From an uncultured Gemmatimonadales bacterium (GTDB lineage Bacteria; Gemmatimonadota; Gemmatimonadetes; Gemmatimonadales; Gemmatimonadaceae), in the NCBI GenBank assembly GCA_963707505.1, contig CAVPQB010000004.1:992001-1056000 (forward strand): a DNA stretch of 64,000 nucleotides, given 5' to 3'. The notes under the pieces were generated by a model, which saw nothing but the letters and a program-made list of their open reading frames with translations, did not search any database and was not told the origin of the DNA. Of the stretch, positions 19,933-29,521 are shown piece by piece (the stretch's first letter is position 1; each line of letters begins with the position of its first letter). The position numbers and the translations under genes were made by a program.

Positions 19933-20721
19933 ATGTATCGTCCGCCCGTTGGAATTCCGCGGCGGGAGCAAAGGCGCTGGCAAGGGTGGTTATTCTCCCT
20001 GCTGGCGCATTTGCTTTTGCTGCTGTTTCTCCTTCGTCCCGCGCTGGATTCGGGGATCGATTACGGTCACCGTGAGGGTGCCGGTGGCGCCGGCCCCGCG
20101 GGCGGCGGTGGAGGCGGCCTGGGCGATAATGCCGCGCCGAGGTTGAGGTTCGTTCAGATCGCACCGCAGTCGGCGCCTGCGGCGGCCGCAGCCATTGCAC
20201 CGCCCGTCAAGCCGGTACCTCCGGTACTTCCGCCAGTTCCAGCGCCTCCGCCTCCCAAGCCAGTTCCAGTGGCGCCTGTAGCTGCGCCGCCAACGACTGT
20301 CGCGACGGGTGCAGCAGCATCTTCGGCAACGGCGGGCGCCGGCAACGGTATTGGAAAGACTGGCGGCGCGGGTACCGGTCCTGGCAGTGGCGGGGGAGTC
20401 GGATCGGGCGAGGGGCCGGGCAAGGGAAGTGGCGTTGGGCCCGGCACAGGAGGTGGCGCGGCAAAGAACTATCCGCCGACGCTCAAGCAGTTCGTTCTCC
20501 CTCCACTCCCAACTCCCGCGAGTGTGCGCGGATTCAAGCTCACTGCCTGGTTCGACGTCGACTCGACGGGCAAGGCCACACTGCTGCGTTTTACACCAAC
20601 TCCCGATCGTGGCTACAACGACAGGGTGCGCGAGGCGCTGCTCGCGCTTCGATTCCGGCCGGCGGTTCGGGCCGATGGTGTCGCGATCCGCGACACGGTG
20701 GACATTCAGGTTCTCTTCTAA
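19933..20721 (+). CDS. TonB-like Gly/Pro-rich membrane-anchored protein
   Basis: TM SLLAH, Gly/Pro linker, divergent C-terminal FDVDSTG...RFRPA. Confidence 0.7.
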   Translation: MYRPPVGIPRREQRRWQGWLFSLLAHLLLLLFLLRPALDSGIDYGHREGAGGAGPAGGGGGGLGDNAAPRLRFVQIAPQSAPAAAAAIAPPVKPVPPVLPPVPAPPPPKPVPVAPVAAPPTTVATGAAASSATAGAGNGIGKTGGAGTGPGSGGGVGSGEGPGKGSGVGPGTGGGAAKNYPPTLKQFVLPPLPTPASVRGFKLTAWFDVDSTGKATLLRFTPTPDRGYNDRVREALLALRFRPAVRADGVAIRDTVDIQVLF

Positions 20722-20929
20722 CCGATTTACCCGAAATCATCTTTGTGACCAATCATGCAAGGTACTCATTATTGCGTAGCACGCCGCGAGGTAAAGCAAT
20801 CGTGAGATCACGTCCTCATGCGCGTCGCGAGAGTCTAGCCTCTCTCTGCGCCGCGCGTTACATTCACGCGAATTTTCCGCTCTGCTCATACATAAATGCA
20901 GAGCGCCGACCCGGAGCCGGAGGGCATGG

Positions 20930-22441
20930 GTGAACAATAAAACCAGCCGTTCCGCTACCGGAACGGATACGGCCACGGCCGAATCCAACTTCGTCAAGGC
21001 GATGACCCTGACCGACGCCACGATGCTCGTGGCGGGGACGATGATCGGGTCGGGCATCTTCATAGTCTCTGCAGACATCGCGCGAAAGGTCCAGTCGCCC
21101 TTCTGGCTCATCGCAGTCTGGGTGCTCACTGGAGTCATTACGCTGCTCGGCGCCCTCGCCTACGGCGAGCTGGCGGCGATGTTTCCACGAGCCGGCGGAC
21201 AGTATGTATTTCTTCGTGAATCGATGGGTCCACTCGTAGGATTTCTATACGGTTGGACTCTTTTCGTCGTCATACAAACGGGTACGATTGCAGCAGTCGC
21301 TGTCGCGTTCGGAAAGTTTCTCGGCGTGCTCTGGCCGGCGATGACGCCGGGTCTGTACTCGTGGTTTCCGCACTTCTCGTTCACGCTTACGGGCGCACCG
21401 GTGGACGTCGGATTGTCTCCGCAGCGTCTCATCGCACTGGTCACGGTGTGGGTACTCACCTGGATCAATCTTCGCGGCGTGCGTGAAGGGAAGCTCGTTC
21501 AGACGACGCTGACGATTGCCAAGGTGGGCGTCCTCGCGCTTCTCGTCATTCTTGGACTCACCATCGGGCGGAACGCGACAGCGATACTTGCAAATTTCTC
21601 GCCGGGCAATTTCGCGCCGCACGTCGATCTCAACGGTGCGTTCGTAGTTGCGTTCGGTGCAGCGATGGTCGGCTCGCTGTTCTCCAGCGATTCGTGGAAC
21701 AACGTGACGTTCGCGGCCGCCGAAGTTCAGAACCCCAAGCGCAACCTTCCGCTATCGCTCGCAATCGGCGCGGGGATGGTGACGGTTCTCTACATCCTCG
21801 GCAACTTCGCCTATCTCAGCGTGCTTCCGCTGCACGGTACTTCGGGTGGTGCGACGGTGCTCGCGCGCGGCATCCAGTTCGCCACTCAGGATCGAGTCGG
21901 GACTGCAACTGCAGAAGTGATTTTCGGCGCCGCCGGTGGGAGCATAGTTGCGGCGGCGATTCTCGTATCGACGTTCGGCTGCAACAACGGGCTCATCCTG
22001 TCAGGCGCCCGCGTGTACTGGGCGATGGCGCGCGACCGCCTCTTCTTCGCTCGCGCCGGAACGCTGAGCGCACGCGAAGTTCCCGCGTTCGGTCTGGTCA
22101 CGCAGGCGATCTGGACCAGCTTCCTGTGTCTCACCGGGACCTACAACCAGCTGCTCGCGTATGTGATCTTTGCGCAGTTGCTGTTCTACGCCGCGACCAC
22201 CACGGGGCTGTTCGTATTACGCAGGACGCGTCCGGACGCCGAGCGGCCGTACAAGGCGATCGGGTATCCCGTTCTGCCGGCGTTGTACGTGGTGCTGGCG
22301 CTTGCTGTTGCTCTGACTCTGTTGCTGGCTCCGGATACGAGGACGCAGTCCGTTGCTGGTCTGATCATCGTTCTCATTGGTGTCCCTGTGTACTTCCTGT
22401 GGCGCGGTGTAGCGGGCGACGCTGCGCGCAATACTGAATGA
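20930..22441 (+). CDS. APC-family amino acid permease
   Basis: GTMIGSGIF, YGELAAMFPRAGGQYVFL, EVQNPKRNLP. Confidence 0.93.
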   Translation: MNNKTSRSATGTDTATAESNFVKAMTLTDATMLVAGTMIGSGIFIVSADIARKVQSPFWLIAVWVLTGVITLLGALAYGELAAMFPRAGGQYVFLRESMGPLVGFLYGWTLFVVIQTGTIAAVAVAFGKFLGVLWPAMTPGLYSWFPHFSFTLTGAPVDVGLSPQRLIALVTVWVLTWINLRGVREGKLVQTTLTIAKVGVLALLVILGLTIGRNATAILANFSPGNFAPHVDLNGAFVVAFGAAMVGSLFSSDSWNNVTFAAAEVQNPKRNLPLSLAIGAGMVTVLYILGNFAYLSVLPLHGTSGGATVLARGIQFATQDRVGTATAEVIFGAAGGSIVAAAILVSTFGCNNGLILSGARVYWAMARDRLFFARAGTLSAREVPAFGLVTQAIWTSFLCLTGTYNQLLAYVIFAQLLFYAATTTGLFVLRRTRPDAERPYKAIGYPVLPALYVVLALAVALTLLLAPDTRTQSVAGLIIVLIGVPVYFLWRGVAGDAARNTE

Positions 22442-22475
22442 CCGCTCCCGCTTCAGTCCTCATCACCGACCGTTC

Positions 22476-24632
22476 ATGACCGTTTCGCAATCATCGCTTC
22501 TCTGGATCGTACTCGGCTGCAGTGCATTCGCGCTGCTCTTCGCGATCTGGCTTTCAAGATGGGTTCTGTCGCGCGGGCGTGGTAACGCCGACATGCAGAA
22601 GATTTCGGACGCCATTCAGCAGGGTGCGGAGGCGTACCTGGCGCGACAGTACAAGACAATCGCGGCGCTCGCGCTGGTCGTCGCGATCGTGCTGGCGCTT
22701 GGTTACGGTGTGCTGAGGACGAGCATTCCGACCGATCCGGTGAGCAGCTCGACACTGCTCGCCATCTACATAACGTTGTCGTTCCTGCTCGGCGCACTCA
22801 GTTCCGGTATTGCGGGATATATGGGGATGTGGATCTCGATACGAGCCAACATCCGCGTTGCCGCGGCCGCTACAACGTCACTGAACGGTGCGCTGCAGAC
22901 TGCGCTTCGATCTGGTGCCGTGTCGGGACTCTTCACGGTCGCGATGAGTCTTGCGGGCGTCGGCGGACTGTTTGCGGTGATCAACAATTTCGTGCCGCCG
23001 GGTCTCGCGCCTGATGTATGGGCACAGAGAATCCCGTATCTCATCGTTGGCTACGGATTCGGTGCTTCGTTCGTGGCACTGTTCGCGCAGCTCGGCGGCG
23101 GTATCTACACCAAGGCCGCCGACGTTGGTGCCGATCTGGTCGGCAAGGTGGAGGCTGGCATCCCTGAGGATGATCCGCGCAATCCGGCGGTGATTGCAGA
23201 TCTCGTCGGCGACAACGTCGGCGATTGCGCCGGACGTGGCGCCGATCTGTTCGAGAGCATCGCCGCCGAGAACATCGGTGCGATGATTCTTGGCGTGATT
23301 CTGTTCAGCCAGTTCGGTATCGCAGGTATTCTGTTCCCGCTCGTTATCGGTGGACTCGGCCTGCTGTGCTCGATTGTCGGAGTGATGTCGGTGCGCACGC
23401 GCGAGGATGCAGATCCAATGCAGGCACTGAACCGCGGCTATTACGTCACCGCGGCGCTCGTCACGATCGTGTTCTTCTTCGCTACGCGCTGGTTGTTGAA
23501 TCCGGCTGCAGCGCCGGATGCGTGGTGGCATTTCTTCATCTGCGGTATGATCGGCATCGCGACCTCGATCGCGTTCGTGTTCATCACGCAGTACTACACC
23601 GAATATCGCTACCGCCCGGTTCTCGGTATTGCAGATGCGAGTCAGACGGGACCCGCGACGAACATCATCGCAGGACTCGCGGTTGGAATGGAGTCCACGG
23701 TTCTTCCCGTCATCACGATCGCGATCGCGATCATCGCGAGCTATCATCTCGGCGAGACGAGTGGAGTCGCGCAGGCAGGTCTGTTCGGCACCGCAGTCGC
23801 TACGATGGGAATGCTCGGCACGGCGGGTTACATCCTGGCGATGGACGTGTTCGGACCGATAACGGACAACGCTGGCGGCATCGTCGAGATGTCCAAGCAG
23901 CCGGAAGAGATTCGCAACATCACCGATCGGCTGGATTCCGTTGGCAATACCACCAAGGCACTCACCAAGGGTTACGCGATCGGATCGGCGGCACTCGCCG
24001 CGTTCCTGCTGTTCTCCGCGTATCTCGACGAAGTTCGCAACTATCGCGGCGGTGTGCCGATCAAGGTCGATCTGGCGCGTCCGGAAGTGTTCGTCGCCGG
24101 TCTGCTTGGCGCGATGCTCGTCTTCTGGTTCTCGTCGTTGGCACTCACGGCAGTACGCAAGGCTGCGTCGTCGGTGATCACGGAAGTGCGTCGCCAGTTT
24201 CGTGAGCGTCCGGGCATCATGCTTGGAACGGAAAGTCCGGATTACGGAACGGCCGTCGACATCGTGACTGTCGGCGCGCTCAAGGCGATGATCGCGCCCG
24301 GTGCACTTGTCGTGCTGTTCCCGATCGCTGTGGGACTCGTATTCAAGCAGTTCGGCGTTGGCGCAGAAGCGGTTGCTGCGTTCCTCATGATCGGAACCAT
24401 CGCCGGAATTCTCATGGCGGGCTTCCTGAACAACGGCGGCGGCGCGTGGGACAATGCCAAGAAGTACATCGAGACCGGCGCGTATGGTGGCAAACGGTCC
24501 GACGCACATAAGGCAGCAGTCGTCGGCGATACGGTCGGTGATCCGTTCAAGGACACGGCTGGTCCGTCGCTGCACGTGCTCATCAAGCTGTTGAGCACGA
24601 TCACTCTGGTCCTTGCACCGCTGTTCATTTGA
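22476..24632 (+). CDS. hppA: membrane pyrophosphatase, K+-independent H+-translocating type
   Basis: GGGIYTKAADVGADLVGKVE, EDDPRNP, DNVGD, GNTTKA, GDTVGDPFKDTAGP. Confidence 0.95.
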   Translation: MTVSQSSLLWIVLGCSAFALLFAIWLSRWVLSRGRGNADMQKISDAIQQGAEAYLARQYKTIAALALVVAIVLALGYGVLRTSIPTDPVSSSTLLAIYITLSFLLGALSSGIAGYMGMWISIRANIRVAAAATTSLNGALQTALRSGAVSGLFTVAMSLAGVGGLFAVINNFVPPGLAPDVWAQRIPYLIVGYGFGASFVALFAQLGGGIYTKAADVGADLVGKVEAGIPEDDPRNPAVIADLVGDNVGDCAGRGADLFESIAAENIGAMILGVILFSQFGIAGILFPLVIGGLGLLCSIVGVMSVRTREDADPMQALNRGYYVTAALVTIVFFFATRWLLNPAAAPDAWWHFFICGMIGIATSIAFVFITQYYTEYRYRPVLGIADASQTGPATNIIAGLAVGMESTVLPVITIAIAIIASYHLGETSGVAQAGLFGTAVATMGMLGTAGYILAMDVFGPITDNAGGIVEMSKQPEEIRNITDRLDSVGNTTKALTKGYAIGSAALAAFLLFSAYLDEVRNYRGGVPIKVDLARPEVFVAGLLGAMLVFWFSSLALTAVRKAASSVITEVRRQFRERPGIMLGTESPDYGTAVDIVTVGALKAMIAPGALVVLFPIAVGLVFKQFGVGAEAVAAFLMIGTIAGILMAGFLNNGGGAWDNAKKYIETGAYGGKRSDAHKAAVVGDTVGDPFKDTAGPSLHVLIKLLSTITLVLAPLFI

Positions 24633-26185
24633 TGCGGGGCCTGTTTGCACGAAAGTCCGTTGCGGACTTCGAGGCGGACGTCGTTTCACATGGCGGGCTA
24701 AAACGCACGCTTGGCAAGTGGCACCTGACCGCTCTCGGCGTCGGTGCCACGATTGGCGCGGGAATCTTCGTCACCACGGGAACCGCAATCGTTGGCGATC
24801 CGCTGCGTCCGGGGGCCGGCCCTGCGATCATCTTTTCGTTCCTGCTGACCGCGGTCGCGTGCGGCTTTGCGGCACTGTGTTACGCTGAGTTCGCCGCGAT
24901 GGTACCGATCTCGGGCTCGGCGTACACGTATGCCTATGCGGCACTCGGCGAGTTCGTCGCGTGGATAATCGGATGGGATCTGGTCATAGAATACGCCGTC
25001 GGCAACATCGGCGTCGCGATCGGTTGGTCCGGCTATTTCCGCGAGCTGATCGCTCACTTCGGATGGAGTCTCCCGTCGTGGCTGGCGACAGACTATCGAT
25101 CGGCGCATACCGCATTCGTTCAGCTCGGCGCAGCCGGTAGCACGGTGGACGCGACTACCCGGTACATCGCGTCAGCGTGGACATCCGCACCGCACATCCT
25201 CGGCCTCCCGCTGATCATCAATCTTCCTGCTGCGGCAGTCGTTGCGCTGATCACCGTGGTCCTCGTGATCGGCATCAAGGAGTCGGCGGATGCCAACAAC
25301 GCAATGGTTCTGCTCAAGGTCGGCATCATACTGTTTTTCATCGCGGTTGGGCTGTTCCTGATCCACCCGTCCAACTGGACCAACCCGGCAACCGGCGGCT
25401 TCGTGCCGAACGGCATGGCGGGCATCAGTGCGGCAGCGGCGATCATCTTCTTCAGCTACATCGGCTTCGATGCCGTATCCACAGCTGCGGAAGAGACGCG
25501 CAATCCAGGGAAGGACATGCCGTTCGGGATCATCATGAGCCTGGTCGTCACGACGCTGCTCTACATCGCGATTTCGGTGGTGATGACTGGAATGGCGCCA
25601 TGGCAGCAGTTGGGGACCGCGGAGCCGATGATCACGGCGCTCCGGTTCGCTGCCGGACCGCCGGCGCTCCTCAACGCGTCGCGATTCATCGTCGCACTGG
25701 GCGCCGTGATCGCGATGGGCAGCGTGCTGCTGGTCTTCCAGCTCGGCCAACCGCGAATCTTCTTCTCGATGGCACGTGACGGACTGCTTCCGCCAGTGCT
25801 CGCGAAGGTTCATCCGCGTTACAAGACGCCGTACGTCGGGACGATCGTCACAGGGATCTTCGTAGCCGTCTTTGCCGCATTCGCGAACATCGCCGAGGTG
25901 GTCGATCTCACGAATATCGGGACGCTGTTCGCCTTTGTGCTGGTATCGGCCGGCGTGATCGTGCTCCGTCGCACCGATCCGGACCGGCCGCGGCCGTTCC
26001 GCGTGCCGTGGGTTCCGTTCACGCCATTGATCTCCATCGTGGCGTGCTTCTATCTCATGACGCAGCTGCCGGGCATCACGTGGATTCGCTTCATCATCTG
26101 GCTCGCCGTCGGTCTCGTACTCTACTTCACTTACGGCTATGGCCACTCGACGCTGCGTAACCGCCGGGTGAACGGTCATGGATAG
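24632..26185 (+). CDS. APC-family (cationic-type) amino acid permease
   Basis: LGVGATIGAGIF, YAEFAAMVPISGSAYTY, YIGFDAVSTAAEE. Confidence 0.93.
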   Translation: MRGLFARKSVADFEADVVSHGGLKRTLGKWHLTALGVGATIGAGIFVTTGTAIVGDPLRPGAGPAIIFSFLLTAVACGFAALCYAEFAAMVPISGSAYTYAYAALGEFVAWIIGWDLVIEYAVGNIGVAIGWSGYFRELIAHFGWSLPSWLATDYRSAHTAFVQLGAAGSTVDATTRYIASAWTSAPHILGLPLIINLPAAAVVALITVVLVIGIKESADANNAMVLLKVGIILFFIAVGLFLIHPSNWTNPATGGFVPNGMAGISAAAAIIFFSYIGFDAVSTAAEETRNPGKDMPFGIIMSLVVTTLLYIAISVVMTGMAPWQQLGTAEPMITALRFAAGPPALLNASRFIVALGAVIAMGSVLLVFQLGQPRIFFSMARDGLLPPVLAKVHPRYKTPYVGTIVTGIFVAVFAAFANIAEVVDLTNIGTLFAFVLVSAGVIVLRRTDPDRPRPFRVPWVPFTPLISIVACFYLMTQLPGITWIRFIIWLAVGLVLYFTYGYGHSTLRNRRVNGHG

Positions 26186-27455
26186 CACTCGATCGGAGCC
26201 GCGCGCGACAGCGCGACGCGGCCTGCGACGCATCTCTCTGACGCAGTGGATCGTCATCGCGGCGATAGTCGGGATCATAATCGGGATCGTGTTCCCGGCA
26301 TTCGCGGTCAAGCTCGATCCGTTGTCGCAGATTTTCCTGCGCATGATCAAGTCGCTGATCGTACCGCTGATCTTCGCCACGCTCGTGGTGGGCATTGCGG
26401 GCCATGGCGACGACATGGCCAAGGTGGGCCGCCTCGCGTTGCGGTCTCTGATCTATTTCGAGCTTGTCACCACTGGCGCGCTCGTCATCGGGCTCAGTGC
26501 GGTGAACATCTTCAAGCCTGGAATCGGCGTGTCGCTGGGCGGCGCAACCGCGACCACTGGAACCGAGCTCGCGTCGCACCCGGTTACATTCGGTGGCGTG
26601 CTGGAGCACATGGTTCCGCAGAGCTTCTTCGAGGCGGCTTATCATAACGAAGTTCTGCAGATTGTATTCTTCGCGATTCTGTTCGCCGTGGCACTCACGC
26701 GTCAGAAGGGCGAAAAGAAGAAGTTGATGCTCGACATCTGCGCTGCGACGTCGGACTTGATGTTCAAGTTCACGGAGATCGTGATGGCGTATGCACCGAT
26801 CGGTATCGGTGCAGCACTCGCCGTGACAGTCGGCCACAGCGGCATCGGCGTGCTGCTCGGTCTCGGCAAGCTCGTAGCGACGCTGTACGGGGCGCTGATC
26901 GTATTCGCGCTCGTCGTGCTGCTTCCGATTGCCGTGCTTACGCGCATTCCCCTCAAGGCATTCTTGCGCTCCGTGCGGGCACCAGCGCTGATCGCGTTCT
27001 CGACTGCGTCATCCGAAGCGGCGCTCCCCCTCGCGATGGAGAACATGGAGGCAATGGGTGTTCCGGCACGTATCGTGGCGTTCGTGATGCCGACGGGATA
27101 TTCGTTCAACCTCGACGGAAGCACGCTGTACCTGGCGGTCGCGTCGGTGTTCGCGGCGCAGGCTGGTGGAATCCACATGACACTCGGTCAGCAGATCGTG
27201 ATGATGTTGACGCTCATGCTCACGAGCAAGGGTGTTGCCGCTGTGCCGCGCGCATCGCTCGTGATTCTGTCCGGCGCGCTCACGATGTTCGGACTTCCGC
27301 TTCAGGCCGTCGCGGTGATTCTCGGCGTTGACGCGTTCATGGACATGGCGAGGACCTCGGTGAATCTGATCGGGAATTGTCTCGCGAGCGCGGTGATGGC
27401 GAGATGGGAAGGGGAGCTCGCACCGGGCGGAAAGACGGACGCGGTGATAGCGTAG
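26178..27455 (+). CDS. dicarboxylate/amino acid:cation symporter (GltP/DctA family)
   Basis: FSTASSEAALP, GYSFNLDG, SKGVAAVP, MDMARTSVN. Confidence 0.93.
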   Translation: MDSTRSEPRATARRGLRRISLTQWIVIAAIVGIIIGIVFPAFAVKLDPLSQIFLRMIKSLIVPLIFATLVVGIAGHGDDMAKVGRLALRSLIYFELVTTGALVIGLSAVNIFKPGIGVSLGGATATTGTELASHPVTFGGVLEHMVPQSFFEAAYHNEVLQIVFFAILFAVALTRQKGEKKKLMLDICAATSDLMFKFTEIVMAYAPIGIGAALAVTVGHSGIGVLLGLGKLVATLYGALIVFALVVLLPIAVLTRIPLKAFLRSVRAPALIAFSTASSEAALPLAMENMEAMGVPARIVAFVMPTGYSFNLDGSTLYLAVASVFAAQAGGIHMTLGQQIVMMLTLMLTSKGVAAVPRASLVILSGALTMFGLPLQAVAVILGVDAFMDMARTSVNLIGNCLASAVMARWEGELAPGGKTDAVIA

Positions 27456-27563
27456 GAGCTGTCACCGTCGTCGCTGGTCGTACAACACTGCTAAAACGCG
27501 CTCAGGACCGATACATCATCCGCTCCTCTCGTACATCGGGGCACGTTCACTTCGCGCGCAAGG

Positions 27564-28571
27564 CTAATTTGTCAGTACGACTTTCCCGATATGCGGCTCT
27601 TCCATGCGTCTGTGCGCATCCGCCGCACGCGACAGTGGGAAGGTCGAATCAATAACCGGTAAAATCAGCCCGCGCTCGAGCAATGGCCAGATGCGTAGCA
27701 TCAGCTCCTGCGCGATCACGGCCTTCTCCTGCGGTGGAAGGCGGCGCATCAGTGAGCCGGTCACGGTCAGCCGCTTCTGCATGATCGGTCTGAGATCGAC
27801 GTTGACGCGACTGCCAGCCATGTACGCGATGTTGACCAGACGGCCCTCCATCGCGAGCGCTCGGAAATTGCGCTCGACATATTCACCACCGACCATGTCG
27901 AGTATGACATCCACGCCGCGACCTCCGCTGCGCTCGAGCGCGACAGCGGCGAAGTCGGCTTCGTGATAGTCGATCGCGACCTCCGCGCCAAGCCGGACAC
28001 AGACGCCGCACTTTTCAGCTGAGCCAGCCGTTGCAAATACTTTGGCGCCGATCGCGCGCGCCATCTGTATGGCGATCACGCCGATGCCGCTGGTCCCGCC
28101 GTGCACGAGCAACGTCTCGCCAGCCGACAGACGACAACGCTGAAACACGTTGTACCACACGGTGAACAATGCCTCGGGAAGCGCCGCTGCCTGAACCATC
28201 GAGAAGCCTTCCGGAATTGGGAGGCATTGCATCGACGGTGCTACGCATTCAGTCGCGTAGCCGCCGCCGTCCACGAGCGCGCAAACTTCCTCCCCGATGT
28301 TCCAGACGAGCGCAGCGCGCTCGCCAGCGCCTGACACGTAACCAGCGACTTCGAGTCCGAGTATCGGCGATGCGGTGCTCGGCACCGCGTACTTGCCCGC
28401 GCGTTGGAGCAGATCGGCGTGATTGACGCCGGCGGCTTCCACGTGGATGCGCACTTCGTCGGGGCCGAGCGGTGGTACCGGCCCCTCCGTGAGATGTAGC
28501 TCGTCCGGCCCGCCGGGTCTCACTACCTCGATGTGCCGGATCGATCCCGGTTTTGAGAAGGGACTCGACAT
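27564..28571 (-). CDS. NAD(P)H-quinone oxidoreductase (PIG3/zeta-crystallin family)
   Basis: GVNHAD, LGLEVAG, HGGTSGIG, HIGKVVL. Confidence 0.92.
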   Translation of the reverse strand: MSSPFSKPGSIRHIEVVRPGGPDELHLTEGPVPPLGPDEVRIHVEAAGVNHADLLQRAGKYAVPSTASPILGLEVAGYVSGAGERAALVWNIGEEVCALVDGGGYATECVAPSMQCLPIPEGFSMVQAAALPEALFTVWYNVFQRCRLSAGETLLVHGGTSGIGVIAIQMARAIGAKVFATAGSAEKCGVCVRLGAEVAIDYHEADFAAVALERSGGRGVDVILDMVGGEYVERNFRALAMEGRLVNIAYMAGSRVNVDLRPIMQKRLTVTGSLMRRLPPQEKAVIAQELMLRIWPLLERGLILPVIDSTFPLSRAADAHRRMEEPHIGKVVLTN

Positions 28572-28579
28572 GGTGCGCG

Positions 28580-29521
28580 TCAGGCTACGGCTGAAGCTGC
28601 CTGGAGCGCGAGCTTGATCGCGCCGCGTGCACCGTCAACGTCTTCCGTATGAACAGTGGCGCCGGGAACTGCGACGCGGAGCCTGCGCTCCAGACGCTTC
28701 CGGAGAAGCGATCCCTTGTGAAGCAATCCGCCGCTCAATGCCAGATCGAAAGCTGCTCGGTCGTCGACGAACAGTCTGCGCGCTAGCGCGCGCACGTGTA
28801 GCACCAGTTCTTCCACCGCCATATCCACGATGCTGTTGGCACGCACGTCGTCCTGCATCGCCATTGCGAGTACGGATGGGGCAAGCGCTGCCAGCGCCTC
28901 TCTATCGGCGGCAAGCGCCCATGGAATGAGTTGTTCGACTTCGTTCACCTGTGCAGCGGTGAGTATCGCGCCGGTGAGCGCTGTTTCCGGCTCGCGACCG
29001 TCATGCGATGCAGCGACGACACTCAGCGCGCGGCGCCCGATCCACGCGCCACTTCCCTCGTCGCCAAATGTGAAGCCCCAGCCGCCGCAGCGAGCCAGCA
29101 TTCCGGCCGGACTGCGTCCGAACGCAATGGACCCGGTTCCCGCTATGAGAATCACACCGGAGCGATCACCGAACGCATCTGCGAGCGCGATGCTCGCGTC
29201 AGTCTCGACCACGACTTCCTCGGCGACCTCCCTGCGCGACAACGCATCCTGCAACGCGATCTGTTCGCTCTCGCGGCCCGTGCCCGCAACACCAGCATAC
29301 AGTACGCGTGGCAGGACATCCGTCAGCTCTGCGCTCTCCAGCGCCGCGACGACAACCGCCGCAATCGTATCCGCGCAGGCGTCGGCGTTACCCGGCGCCA
29401 TCGCAGCGCCTGGTCCGACGACTTCCGCGATCTGGTCGCCCGAGACCGATGCGACTATGACGCGCGTCTTGCTTCCACCGGCGTCGACTCCCACAACAAT
29501 TTCCGATTCCGAATCACTCAT
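28580..29521 (-). CDS. BadF/BadG-type sugar kinase (GlcNAc/MurNAc kinase, MurK-like)
   Basis: GVDAGGSKT, IAGTGS, RCGGWGFTFGDEGSG. Confidence 0.85.
   Translation of the reverse strand: MSDSESEIVVGVDAGGSKTRVIVASVSGDQIAEVVGPGAAMAPGNADACADTIAAVVVAALESAELTDVLPRVLYAGVAGTGRESEQIALQDALSRREVAEEVVVETDASIALADAFGDRSGVILIAGTGSIAFGRSPAGMLARCGGWGFTFGDEGSGAWIGRRALSVVAASHDGREPETALTGAILTAAQVNEVEQLIPWALAADREALAALAPSVLAMAMQDDVRANSIVDMAVEELVLHVRALARRLFVDDRAAFDLALSGGLLHKGSLLRKRLERRLRVAVPGATVHTEDVDGARGAIKLALQAASAVA

Noticed and set aside
22878..24689. 603-aa minus-strand ORF
   Set aside because: Antisense shadow of hppA, expected from high-GC codon bias; no recognisable motifs
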